NCBI GenBank assembly: GCA_951406725.2
Contig: OX597814.1
Span: 169,012,001-169,076,000, forward strand
Source of the DNA: Octopus vulgaris
Taxonomy: Eukaryota
DNA length: 64,000 nucleotides
Direction of reading: 5' to 3'
Shown: in pieces, positions 13,938-27,828 of the stretch
How the letters are laid out: each line of letters begins with the position of its first letter
Numbering within the stretch: the first letter of the stretch is position 1
Translations under genes and position numbers: made by a program
The notes under the pieces: generated by a model
The model's input: only the letters and a program-made list of their open reading frames with translations
Databases searched by the model: none
Told to the model about the DNA's origin: nothing

Positions 13938-16900
13938 TACCATATTAATTATTAATTAACACACATTATATACATAACAATCTTGTTGTTTTTGTTTAGA
14001 CTACATCTGTTGTAATCGATTAAACCTATGGTCAAAGGTCATCCCAATGTGTCCTTTTTCCATGGCGCTAGGTCTGTGATTTGAGGGAGCTTCGTTATCT
14101 GATTGTTACTGCTAGTAGTAAGTCGAGCGATCCGATCCCATAAATGCTCGATCGTTCATTTAACACACGTGTAGAAATGAAAGGTACAACTATATATATA
14201 TACCTACACACATGCATATATATATATATATAGTTTGCTATTGCATACATAGGCCACAGAAAACGAATAAAATACAAAAAGGAACTTAGAAAAAAAATTA
14301 AAACTAAAATTAAGAATACAATGTGAAGAAAGAGGAGAATCGGTAGAATGGTTTTTGCTAAAATAAAATGAAGAATGGGAAAGCTTGGCTGGAATAAAGA
14401 GAGAAAAACTGTTTAGCCAGAAGGTGACTGTAGTTAATATGAATGTATCCATACATTCTGGAATGCTGGCAGTACAGCGACTAAAGTATTTGTATTGTGT
14501 ATATATGCTGTGTGTATTTGGAGACTAGCGAGAAGTGTAGTGAATATACGATGTATATGTGCAAACAGAATGTGTCTGTAAAAATAAGCAAGAGTATGTA
14601 TGTACACAAACTAGTTAAGTATACAAAGTAATGGATCGATTGAATGCGTGTATGCACAACTAAAAGTGGTGCAGGTATCAAAATATTTATCGTTATTTGG
14701 AAGTGTGTGTGTGTGCGTGTATGTAGAAGCAGATACATAAGATGGGAGTGCGTGAGTAAAATAGCCAAAGTTGTTTAGCCCCGTGTCAGACAAGACTGAG
14801 CACACCTATAATTAAGAGTTCCAGACATGACCAATATGTCTTTCCAAACAACAGCATATATTGGGCATATCCAATGTGTGTGTCCGTTAATTAAGACGGT
14901 ATCGAGAGTGCTTTGAAGGGATTTGGTTGTTATTTCTGTTAAGTGGATGACTACATCAAATCCCGTTGCTTCGCTAGGTGCGTGTGTAGCTCACGTAAAA
15001 ATACTTAGATCAGTAGAGATAGTCAAAGAAAAGATTTATATACACGGATATGAATACAGATTACATATTTTGCGTGCAATGAAATGATTTTTTCGAACCG
15101 ATTATGCAAATATGACAAACAACACACACGCATAAGTGCGTCGATTGTGGTAATCAATTTATAAATAAAAGTAATACACTAAAACAACTCGGTGAGGCAG
15201 ACTGAAACAATGAAAAATCTACAGTCAGAATGTAGTCATATAGATGTGTGTGTTTTGAGAAAAACAGAAAAACTGGGTGTGTAAACAGCGTTAAGCTCAG
15301 AATTACAGATTAAGAAGCATGGGTGGCAATAAGGAGAGGAAGAGGAAAAAAGTGTGGAGAAGAAAATATTTCAAGACGTTGCCAAAAACGATATCCAACC
15401 CAAACAGATTTTGATTGTCGACGAATGAACAGTTTCTACTCAGACATAGAGATAAATATAACAAGAACAGAAACACACAGATATACTATACACTTTTATT
15501 TTCAAGTGCTATTAACAACTTGCAAAATGTTTCATCAGGAGGGAAGTGAAATCCTTAGAATAGAGCCTACTATACTGAGAGTATAGCTTGCAACGAACTA
15601 TACACGAAAATTACAAGTAACCGTCAAACGCATACTCTTTTTGTACGATAGGCAAACACCTTAGCCACAAGAACACCTGTAATACACACACACACACACA
15701 CACACAGAAAGAACAAGTATGGCCTAGTGGTTAAGAAATTCGTTATGATACCACGTGGTCCTTGGTTCTACCCGACTGCGTGCTATCCTGGGTATAAATG
15801 CCTTTCTACTATAGCCTCAACTTGACCAACATTTTGCGAACGGAATTAGATACACGGGCTATACAAAAACCTTCATACACACACGCACATATATATATGA
15901 ATACCTGACAGTTTGCTTCAACGCTTATGAATTTTTTTCTGAAGGGGTTAAAACAAAAGCATATATATGGAAATAATTGCACAGCTGCCAGAGCTATATT
16001 TATATAAATTTTATTCACTCTACCTTGTGATGATCCCTTTTTATATTTAGCTTTCTCGGATGCAGTTCACGAACCACTTCACACACACACAGAATACTTG
16101 TCGGAGTTTGTTTATTACGGTATATACCCATACAATATATGTATATACATATACACTCTCTATATAAATACGTATACTCTCTTTCTATACACATACATAT
16201 AGTGGGATATACAAACACACAGAGATAATGACAACGAATTAAACTAAGACACCGCATTATTTATACACAACTATAATACGATGGCATACATATTTTGATG
16301 GTTACAGTTCACTATTTTAGTACAGCTTCATCTGTATTTCTTTACATCGTTAGCATAAGGAGATGATAAGAGAAGGGATCACACATACACACAAACTGAG
16401 ATAAGCATCGATACTGTAGTTCGTTCTTTTGAAGTTTATATTTTATATAATAACGTCCTACAAAAAGAGGAAGACGAGAGTGAGAGAGGAAGTATCTATC
16501 CTCCAATAACAATACTACATAATACTAACATCTTTCTCTTCCCCTGTCAAATCCCTTCTCTAATTAATCACTAATTGATTTATTTATGTCATCAGGGAAG
16601 CGTAGGTCTTAAAAAAACAACAACAAAAGTTCTCCTTTCTCTTTTTGTAGAGGATACAAAGGCTCTCGAGGGGCGGGGAGGAAGGAAGTAAGATCTTGAT
16701 AAAGGTTGGATGAATCAATAATGGGAGACACATAATACCACAAGATCTACTACACACGGTCGGCATTACAACACGGTACAAATACGACACAATACGGCGT
16801 AAACAGAAAAGAGAGATATGGAGTGTTATTGTCAAAAGTAGTAGATAACGGAAATATAATATATAAATAGTTTCTTTATTCGCTACAAGAAGCACAAACA

Positions 16901-18342
16901 ATATTAGTTAAATCGCCGTTACCGCCTTCTTATAAACAACGAAGACGAAACCTTTTAGAATAAAGAAAATGCAATACCGTGACATTTGTCTTTCTCCAAA
17001 GGGCAGTAACGATGACGTGAAATGAAATAGTTCCAAACGAGAATCGAAACTGGGTCGCGGAACTCGTTTTCTCCAGGAACTTACGATCGCCGAAAAAATA
17101 ACAAGAGCTTTATTATATTTAGAAGCATGGGAGGATGGGAGGGACTTTGATGTTTTTTTTTTTTGATACCTTTCATGAAAACATTAACGATGCAAAGATA
17201 AAATAAACATACATACTCCACTTGGGAACGAAAAACGAACGGGATGCGGAGGAAAAGTCGATAAAACGACCCCGCACCCACTCTGCAATGGCAGAATCGA
17301 ATCCAACATTATCAAAACAACCACTAGCATTGGAGTGATTTGAACTTTGAATAGTTTAGTCGATTGAGATGTCTAACAAAAAAATTCTTACTTGGAATGT
17401 CTTTTAATAAATGGTAAAAGAGTGGGGCTTGGCTGAGCGCTGAGTAACAAAACACTATCACTAGAAATATAAGTAAAACCGATCCAACAACTCGGTTTTC
17501 GGTGAAAGTGACATTGTTAATAGACTACTACTAATAATAATAACAGTGCATATCACCGACCGAACTAAATATCGTAATGCCAGCGAGATCGGTTGTACCA
17601 TCTGCGCCATAATCACAAGAATTAAAAGTAGGAAAATACATATATAAACACACACAAAGATTGCTATGTGCAATGGAGGTGGTTTTTAGACATGGAGAGA
17701 AAGAAAGGCAGAGAGGTGAGGAGAAATGTGGTCGGTGAGTAGATGAGGGTATATGTATGTGTGTGTGTGTGTGTATGTGTATGGGAAGGTCAGCGCTCCA
17801 TTAAGTGTAGAAGGAATCGGTAGAGAAAAGATAAAACAAAGAAGCAAGGCAGCTAGCCAACAACCAACCAACCAACCAACTTGCCAGCCAACCAACCAGC
17901 CAGCCAGCCAGCCAGCTAGCCAGCCAACCAGAGCCATACACACTCAGACAACTGCTTCACTAGTTCAAGTTTTAAGTACACAGGACGACAGAAAATATAC
18001 ATAATCACATATAGACGAACTACACACATACATACACACGCACACAGTGCATACACAAAACAAAAAATCTGATCAAGTAGCGTGTAAGTGTATGCGTATG
18101 TAACGTGTGTGTGTGTGTATATATATATATACATACACACCACACATTCGCACAAAAATAAAGCATAGATTCTTACTACCGTTTTATTAGTAATAGTCGT
18201 AATTATCGTTAACAATAAGAGGTTTCCTACATTGAAACGAAACATGAGATGGAGTAGAGGGGAAAGAATCTAAGGTGGCGGTGTTCATGCCATGCCTACA
18301 GGTCATTATTATTATTACGACGTGTAGTTGGTTCCGAGTGGG

Positions 18343-18399
<57 letters not shown>

Positions 18400-18617
18400 G
18401 GTGCTAATAATAATCATAACGGTGAAGGTGGGGGTGTTGTTGAGGACACGAAACATTGTTAAAGGTCTGTATCGGGGTAAATAAAACAAGAGATAATTAT
18501 AATTATCAATCGCTATCATCATCATCAATATTATTATTATGTTGATTCAGAGTTCATACGTAACACAAAAGAATACACACCGCGAAAGACGATGTATGAG
18601 TGTATATAATACGTACC

Positions 18618-18669
<52 letters not shown>

Positions 18670-19324
18670 TATGTACGTATAGATGCGTGTGTGTATGTAG
18701 AAATAGATACACAGATCGATAATAGATAGAAATAGACGTAAAGATAGGCATCTAGGTAGTCAGAAAGTTAGATGCATAGAGAGAAAGAGAAGAATATAAA
18801 AACAGGCGGATACAAAGAATATGGAAGTAACAAGGTAGTCGGATGGCTAAATAGATGTATAACCGGATAGATGTGTGTATGTATGAGTCTTAAGAAAGAA
18901 CCAAATGCTTCATGATATGAGATCGAGATGTTTGTGATTAAAGTTTTGTTGTTGTTGTTATTGTTATAAGATTCCCGTTTAATGTGCATTTAATAAACAG
19001 CCTCCACCAAGAAGGCATCAACACAAAAAGTCGTTGGTTGTTGATTGTAAAAAAAAAACCACACGAAAACAACGGCTTTAAAACATAAAGAGACACATAC
19101 ACCGTATCATATATGGTTCTACACATATACCCATATATAACATATACACATATACAATATAGGCTACATAATTCATTTCATCACGCCACATACTATAGTA
19201 TATATATATGTGTGTGTATGTGTGTATACACATCACTTTTCGCATATACAAGAACATACTACATACATACATACAATACATTACACACAAATGACACACT
19301 ATGAAACAACGGCGGAATCTCTAC

Positions 19325-19470
19325 GTGACTGCTCGATATGCTAGAAATAGCAGTCAATCTCACTCTGATCCACACACTACCATCTTATAAAAAGACGGGA
19401 TGGCCACAGCTGAGATGTTTGTGACGAAAGGTCTGTCTGCTCGATCAGACTTGACCTGGGGCTAAACAAT
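19325..19470 (-). repeat. Old interspersed repeat family (best copy)
   Basis: TTGTTTAGCCCCAGGTCA..GATCGAGCAGAC..CTATTTCTAGC motifs recur in diverged form near 6020, 9915, 12000-12180, 14770 and 51190. Confidence 0.55.
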
Positions 19471-20238
19471 TACACACCACACTGGGCAGGACTGTATAGA
19501 CGTGCAAAATACTTTACACACACACACACGCGCGCGCGTACACCTCGCACATATAAATATAAAATATACACTAACACAGCGAATTATGCTCAAACAGTAC
19601 AAAAGACTACGCCACATCCATATATATGTATATGTACATATTTATTAGTAGTGGGATAAGAAAAAGAAGGACGAGATGGGAGAACAAGAGGACATCGTAA
19701 TTGAACATTAAGATAGAAAGAACCACAGGAGCTGCTTATAACTAAAAAAAAGACAAGGGAAAGACACAGAACACACATCGAATAAAAGCTTGTAGAAACA
19801 TCTTAAATACTCGCTAGACAAAAATAATATATAAGTATGTGTGTGTGTGTGTGTATATATATTATATATATATATCTAAAGATTCCTTACACCAACGGTA
19901 GGTATATATATACGAGGACGATTGCTCATAGTTTTGAAGAACAAAAGAAAGAAACCAAAAGCGACAAAGAACAAGAGAACATGGCACTTAAACAGAATGT
20001 AGAAGAGAAAGACACGAAGCTTTTATATGCAGGAATGAGATTTTTAGGTTTAATGTGTGTAGAATAAGAACGGACGAGAATGAACTTGGAGTTTAGAAAC
20101 AATTCCAACAAAGAAAAGGAAAAAGCTTGCTCGTAGAAGATCATTATATACTGTATATATATGATAATATTGATATCAATTTTTACACACACGTAGAGGG
20201 GTAGGTCAATGATCTTCAGCTTTCTCTTCATATAAGTA

Positions 20239-20283
<45 letters not shown>

Positions 20284-20860
20284 CATGTATTCGTATATTG
20301 CATATATATATATATATATATAATATATATATATAGGGTGGTGGATAGAAGAAACGAGGATAACATACTTATGGTGTTAATAAGTATATACAGATATATG
20401 TAAGTCCGATATACATACGTACATATGCATTATATATACATACATATATATAGATGTGGGTATATATGTATATATACGTGTGGGTATATATTTACACACA
20501 TATATATATTTATATATATATACACACATTAGTATATATATACGTATCTATGTATATTCATGTGCTTCTATATATATATACATATATATGTGTATATACA
20601 TTTTATATATACATGTATATATACATATATATGTGTGTGTAAATATATATATAATTAATTAAAAAGGCTCGGTAGTTCTACAGAAGATTCGAGGAGGAGA
20701 CTTTTAAAAAAGAAGACAAGGAAGAGAGCTGACTACAAACCTGTGCAGTAACGTGTCCGACAACTTGTCAAATGGCTCTTCCTCCAACTAATACTACACC
20801 CCCTCGTCATAGACTCTACAATTCTGATAATACATACAAACAGTTAAACGGAGATGATGT

Positions 20861-20897
<37 letters not shown>

Positions 20898-21154
20898 AAG
20901 AATGATGATAATGATGATAATGGTTTAATAATTGGTGATCATATTTAATCTCTCTTTTTTTTTTAATTTTTGAAATAAAATTTATTATATTTTTATGTTT
21001 TTAGTTAAGTTATATTTTTTAGTTTTCGTGAATTTTACTTTTTTTTTTGCTAAATAACACCCAATATAAACATGTATCTTATCTTTTACTTTGTTTATTT
21101 TTTTTCTGTTGAGGATAAATAATGCGTACAAAAAGTATGTGTGCGTGTGAATAT

Positions 21155-21170
21155 AGATAGATAGATAAAG

Positions 21171-21232
<62 letters not shown>

Positions 21233-21242
21233 AAAGACAGAC

Positions 21243-21285
<43 letters not shown>

Positions 21286-21385
21286 GATACAGACAGACAG
21301 ATAAATAGATAGATAGATAGATACATACATACATACATACATAGGTAGATAGATAGATAGATACATACATACATACATACATAGG

Positions 21386-21449
<64 letters not shown>

Positions 21450-21450
21450 G
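21155..21450. repeat. Compound (GATA)n/(CATA)n microsatellite
   Basis: Directly visible; further (GATA)n arrays at 22325-22515, 25215-25415 and 62370-62640. Confidence 0.95.
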
Positions 21451-22323
21451 AAGGAACTTCGACAAACACCGGTGTCGAATAAATGAAATACGCTAGTTTT
21501 TATGTGTAGGTAGTCTAAATTATTAACTGAGGAAGTACTCAATACATACACGTTCGGAGGAATGCTAATAGCTACGCATTTTAATTAGTTTTATGATATA
21601 TATATATATATATATATATATACGCATACATATATATGTATTATTAATATTTATTTTTTACATTTATATATATAAATATTTACGCACGCGCACATACCTG
21701 TATAATGTACGAACGATATATGTGTGTGTGTGTGTATACATGAATATGAGTATGTATGTATGTATGTATGTATGTATGTATGTATGTATGTATGTTTGTG
21801 TGTGTGTATGTATGTATGTGTGTGTATACATGCATGCTGAAGAAATTGTTCGCTACCTCGTGAGTGCCGCCAGTTATTGGGACAGCTCAATTTTTATTTA
21901 TTTATTTACTTATTTATTTATTTATTTATTTATTGGGTTTCTTTGGGAGTTTTTCCTGTTTGAATTGTTTACTTACTTTCTGATTTGTTTATTTACTTTC
22001 TGTCGTTTACTTTGTACCTTTATTTTTGTGCTGCTATTCTCGTGTGCTTCTGTTATTTACTCTTATTGTTATAATTATCGTTTTAATTTAATTTTATTTA
22101 TTACACCATCATATCCCCCCATCATCGTCCCTGCCATAGCCCGGTATAAACTATTTTCGAATATTTATTGGTAGATAACATTGTAATGGCACTAGAGTAG
22201 GGTGTAGGCTAGTAAATGGTACTCGGACTGGAAACAAATCGTAGTTACTCGCATTTTTTCTTTTCAGTGATGCGTGTATGTGTGTGTATGTATGTGTGTG
22301 TGTGTGTTATATATGTAGTTAGT

Positions 22324-22423
<100 letters not shown>

Positions 22424-22458
22424 CAGACAGGCAGACAGACAGACAGACAGACAGATAA

Positions 22459-22515
<57 letters not shown>

Positions 22516-23115
22516 GAGGGAGAAAGATAGAAACATAGACACATGCATTAAATAGTTAATTAGTTATCTGCCCGCACACACGAATATGTATAATCTATAT
22601 GTATGCGTATATGTGTGTATAAATGTGTGCACAAATCACGTATATACATACACACACACACACACACACACACACTATTTTACTAGTTTCAGCCAACAGG
22701 GCCTGCATACACGCTCACATACGTACGTACGTATGTATATGTATGTTCGTATATATTGTACGAATGAATGAGATTTTATTGTTTGTTGTTCATTATCGCG
22801 ACGTATATTCTAACTGTCTGTCTGTCTCTTTCTTTCTCTCTTTCTCTCTATCTCCACCTCCGTATATCTGAAAGTCTCTTATTGGAGTGTAAGGTGTTTG
22901 ACATTGTCGATCGTGCTACTAATGTGCTTTTGCTTTGTTGGTAACGCGTCGTTTGTGGTCCCACTTTCAGCCAGCCTCTCTGACACCACCATACATACAT
23001 ACATTGCCGTTCGAAAAAGGTGTGAGCATTTTACACTACTCACGTGTCTGTGTATGAATAAACACGTACGTACATACACACATACATACATACATACATA
23101 CATACATACATACAT

Positions 23116-23178
<63 letters not shown>

Positions 23179-23194
23179 CGTGTGTGTGTGTGTG

Positions 23195-23659
23195 TGTGTG
23201 TTCACGTGCGTACTTTTTTTAATGTGAATTTGTGTGCACGCAACTATTTGCGTATGTAGATAGATAGATATGTACACACACGCACACATATATATATATA
23301 TATATATAACTACACACACCACAGAAATATATATGTGTATATCTATATATATATATATAGATAGATAGATATATATTTCTTTACTACCCACAAGGGGCTA
23401 AACATAGAGGGGGACAAACAAAGACAGACAAAGGGATTAAGTCAATTACATCGACCCCAGTGCGAAACTGGTACTTAATTTATCGACCCCGAAAGGATGA
23501 AAGGCAAAGTCGACCTCGGCGGAATTTGAACTCAGAATGTAACGACAGACGAAATACGGCTACGCATTTCGCCCGGCGTGCTAACGTTTCTGCCAGCTCG
23601 CCGCCTTTATAGATAGATAGATATAGATATACACATATATATTTCTGTGGTGTGTGTAG

Positions 23660-23757
<98 letters not shown>

Positions 23758-23835
23758 ATACCAAAGCAAGCGTACATACGCAAATAGTTGCGTGCACACA
23801 AATTCACATTAAAAAAAGTACGCACGTGAACACAC
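23195..23835. repeat. Inverted duplication (interrupted palindrome)
   Basis: TTCACGTGCGTACTTTTTTTAATGTGAATTTGTGTGCACGCAACTATTTGCGTATGTA and AACTACACACACCACAGAAATATATATGTGTATATCTATA are mirrored at 23620-23830. Confidence 0.9.
23376..23606 (-). mobile_element. SINE family B, monomer at the palindrome centre
   Basis: Full head and tail; flanked by direct repeat TATAGATAGATAGATATA. Confidence 0.92.
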
Positions 23836-24551
23836 TCACTCACACACACACGCACACACATTTAATATACTGAATATGTTTACGTAGTTTGGTTCTAGCC
23901 AAAGTTCCTCTAATCTTGACCAGTCCTCTTTCTCTCAAACGTTATTTTATTTAAGACATTGAATAATTAGTGTGTTTTTTTAGAAGACCTTAAGGGGGTG
24001 ATTGGAGGAAAAAATCTAGGCTGTTATTTCTAGTAGGTCGCACTACCGCGAAGGGAGCTTCCACCGTTTATATATGTGACGTGATGTGTGTGTGTGTGTG
24101 TGTGTGCACGTGTTGTATTTTGTACGTTTGTATGTTTTGTGTGTGTTTGTGTGTGCGCATGTATCTGGTTACATGGAAAAGTGTGAGATTTATGTTTGCA
24201 GATTGTGTACATAAAAAAGAAACAAAACAAGTGGTGTAGTTAGTGATTATTTGGGTAGGCAGGGGTAGGGTGGGGCGGGGTGGGGTGTGGGGGAACGAGT
24301 TCATATAACTAAAAAGCAGTAAACAATAATTTCTTTCTATTCAGATTTACTATTAAAAAAGAAAAATAAATAAATATATAAAGCATGCTGTCACATTCAA
24401 TCTTTTTTTTTTCCCCGTTGGTGATATAAACTGTATAAAGAGATATGAATTTTGCCTGTTACTGTTGATTCCGAAACTAGGTTTACGTTCCCGGCTCGTC
24501 TGGAACCTCTCTCTTTCTCTCTCTTTTTATCTTTCTTTCTTTCTTTCTGCC

Positions 24552-24614
<63 letters not shown>

Positions 24615-25212
24615 ATGCACGCCATTAAAACGGTTTATTATATAAACAAACACAATTCCTTGATTTATTATTGGTTGCATAGAAATTGTAATTATGAATG
24701 GTCATCATACAAATTTTAAATTTGGTTCTGTGCATTTACACTTCTACTGCATAGGAACGTTAATGATATTTCGGCGTATTTCTTTTCTCCCGTCAAACAA
24801 AAACCGTTTCGTTACTGGGAGCAGAATATAAATTATAAGACTGGTATTTCTTTATTATGTTGGGGGTTTGTATGTTGTATGTGTGTGTGTGTATTTCATA
24901 ACTGCTGCGCCAGAAAGACTGAAGTTCGATCCGATGGGATTCGAACTCAAATTGGTTACACGCAGAAGCATTTAGTTGGACCTTCATTCCTTCGAAGAAG
25001 GGTTATCTTGCCTGAAACATCTCTGCTAAACTCTCCACACGGTAACACACGCGTGTCTTATTTTACAGATCGTAATTCTCTATAGGTAAACGTCTTGTGT
25101 TTGTTGTTTTGTGTCAGGTAAGGCCTAGTAATGTTCTATATGGTGGCTGTTTGTTAACGCTAATGTCTGTTTTCGATTAGAGAAAGGAGGAATAAAACAG
25201 ATAGTCAAACAA

Positions 25213-25296
<84 letters not shown>

Positions 25297-25325
25297 ACAA
25301 GTGATTTGGTAGATAGTGACAGACT

Positions 25326-25415
<90 letters not shown>

Positions 25416-25939
25416 CAGGATAGAAAAATAAATAGATCTAATATATAGGACGATCAATGAATATATGTGTATAAGGTAGTTAAAAAGCGCTCAATAGAAA
25501 CGGTGCCATGCAGGGTATTTACCAGGAACCTGTTACTATTTGAGAAAAATAAAGAAGTACCTAATTAATGAAAAACAATCCTATACTATAAGTGATAGAT
25601 ATGGTTGTGTAGCCGTGTGTGTATAAAAGCGAGTTGTCTAACAATATATCATTGAAAATTATCTTCCGCATTCAGTGAGTTTTGGTGATACTTGATAATA
25701 TCGAAATATATATTTTTTACGTATATTATTACCTGACGGCCCGACTTGGCTCTTTCTCCCACCCCACTACATACGCCGGTGTAATTGAATACGTAGTGTG
25801 AATATCATTTCTGTAAACAACTATTTCAGATAAGGCAAAAGATGAGATTATTGTTAACCGTCGTAACTTTCTCAAGGACATAAATAAAAGTACGTGATGT
25901 GAAAAAGCTGAGACTGGGAATCGAAACAAGAAACTTTTT

Positions 25940-26049
25940 GGCGAAGGTAACGAATACGCACGACCGGTGTTTAGAGTTAGGGGTTAGGGTTAGGGTTAGG
26001 ATTAGGATTACGCCGAAAACGGGTGATACGTGTATACTTTACCTCCGAC
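25940..26049. mobile_element. 110-bp MITE with (TTAGGG)n core, Merlin-like
   Basis: Imperfect TIR GGCGAAGGTAACGAATAC / GTATACTTTACCTCCGAC, 8-bp TSD AACTTTTT, internal TTAGGG variants. Confidence 0.65.
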
Positions 26050-26608
26050 AACTTTTTTTTTAATAGCACAGCTATTCGGGAATAATTTTTTGTTTTTTTT
26101 TCATAATTTATAAATCTATTGATTTCGGCGGCGAGCTGTTAGAACCGTCAGCACGTCCGGATCTTTACATTATGAGTTTAGCAACCGGCGAGGTCGACTT
26201 TGCATTTTATCCTTTCGAAAACAGAGATTTATTGTGAATAAAATTTAAATTATTTGTTCCTTATAAAAGTTATGAGTAACTTATCGCTTCTTAGCTTTTA
26301 CGACAATTTTAATTTGTCTTTTTTTTTTTCCAAATTTGATTGTTAAAATTATTGCATTTGAAAAAAATATAAGGAACTCAACCATTGCTTCTCTTATGTT
26401 TCAAGCTAATTAGTTACAGATGTTAGAAAGATTTCTCATGACATACGCCGGAAGAGTCACTCTGATTCACGGGACTCGCACTTGCAGACAGCAACCTCTG
26501 CATCGATAACGGTGGGCAGGGATATAGTTTCAAGAGCCAAGATCACCGGAGGTCTCAACTGCCTCAAACTTGACCATAAACCTGTCGGAAGCGACCGATA
26601 TCTTGATA

Positions 26609-26803
26609 CTCTCTTTTATTCTCTTTTACTTGTTTCAGTCATTTGACTGCGGCCATGCTGGAGCACCGCCTTTAGTCGAGCAAATTGACCCCAGGCTTAA
26701 TTCTTTGTAAGCCTAGTACTTATTCTATCGGTCTCTTTTACCGAACCGCTAAGTTACGGGGACGTAAACACACGACTATCGGTTGTCAAGCGATGTTGGG
26801 GGA

Positions 26804-26853
<50 letters not shown>

Positions 26854-27029
26854 AACATATATACGACGGGCTTCTTTCAGTTTCCGTCTACCACATCCAC
26901 TCACAAGGCTTTGGTCGGCCCGAGGCTATAGTAGAAGACACTTGCCCAAGGTGCCACGCAGTGGGACTGAATCCGGAACCCCATGTGGTTGGTAAGCAAA
27001 CTACTTACCACACAGCCATTCTTGCGCCT
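26609..27029 (-). mobile_element. SINE family A, full length
   Basis: Collinear with family A; internal (CA)n expanded. Confidence 0.92.
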
Positions 27030-27048
27030 ATAGTTTGCTTTCTCGAAT

Positions 27049-27134
27049 AAATATGGAACACTTCAAGAATTTGCGTGTCATCCTTGCGCAAGGGCCTTGC
27101 TAATCTTCGCTTTATCTATCCAATTTTATTATGT
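27049..27134 (-). pseudogene. U6: U6 snRNA pseudogene, 5'-truncated
   Basis: Minus strand reads AAAATTGGATAGATAAAGCGAAGATTAGCAAGGCCCTTGCGCAAGGATGACACGCAAATTCTTGAAGTGTTCCATATTT, matching metazoan U6; ACAGAGA box mutated to AAAGCGA; 5' stem-loop missing. Confidence 0.93.
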
Positions 27135-27194
27135 CGATAAAACAGGCTTCTAGTCAAGTACTAGGTTCGATGCAATCGACTTGCCCTCTTCCCA

Positions 27195-27795
27195 AGGCGG
27201 CGAGCTGGCAGAAACGTTAGCAGGCCAGGCGAAATGCTTAGCGGTATTTCGTCTGCCGCTACGTTCTGAGTTCAAATTCAACCGAGGTCGACTTTGCCTT
27301 TCATCCTTTCGGGGTCGATTAAGCAAGTACCAGTTACGCACTGGGGTCGATATAATCGACTTAATCCCTTTATCTGTCCTTGTTTGTCCCTTCTGTGTTT
27401 AGCCCCTTGTGGGCTAGTAAAGAAATAGGTATTTCGTCTGCCGTTACGTTCTGAGTTCAAACTCCGCCGTGGTCGACTTTGCCTCTCATCCTTTTGGGGT
27501 CGATTAAGCAAGTACCAGTTACGCACTGGGGTCGATATAATCGACTTAATCCCTTTATCAGTCCTTGTTTGTCCCTTCTGTGTTTAGCCCCTTGTGGCTA
27601 GTAAAGAAATAGGTATTTCGTCTGCCGTTACGTTCTGAGTTCAAATTCCGCCGTGGTCGACTTTGCCTCTCATCCTTTCGGGGTCGATAAATTAAGTACC
27701 AGTTACGCACTGGGGTCGATCTAATCGACATAATCCCTTTATCTGTCCTTGTTTGCCCCCTCTGTGTTTAGCCCCTTGTGGGCAATAAAAAAATA
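27195..27795 (+). mobile_element. SINE family B trimer (one head plus repeated ~185-bp units)
   Basis: Units restart at GGTATTTCGTCTGCCG near 27428 and 27612; 22-bp direct repeat CAAT(C/T)GACTTGCCCTCTTCCCA at 27173-27194 and 28274-28295. Confidence 0.92.
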
Positions 27796-27828
27796 AACAT
27801 AATTTAAGGAACGAATGGAGGATGTATA

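Noticed and set aside
17081-17300. Minus-strand donor GTAAGT at ~17084 as the end of an exon
   Set aside because: No acceptor or coding signal could be tied to it
24895-24970. tRNA gene suggested by a minus-strand B-box GAGTTCGAATCCC
   Set aside because: No cloverleaf can be built; likely a decayed SINE head
24988-25021. Hammerhead-like TTCGAAGAAGGG..CCTGAAACATC
   Set aside because: Core is mutated and no stem I is evident
27428-27530. HDV-like ribozyme at the SINE B restart (GGUAUUU can pair with AAGUACC as a 7-bp P1)
   Set aside because: No P3/L3 consensus, no GG after the P1 3' strand and no P2 with catalytic J4/2 could be built
27195-27795. CRISPR-like array
   Set aside because: Tandem SINE units without unique spacers, in eukaryotic context
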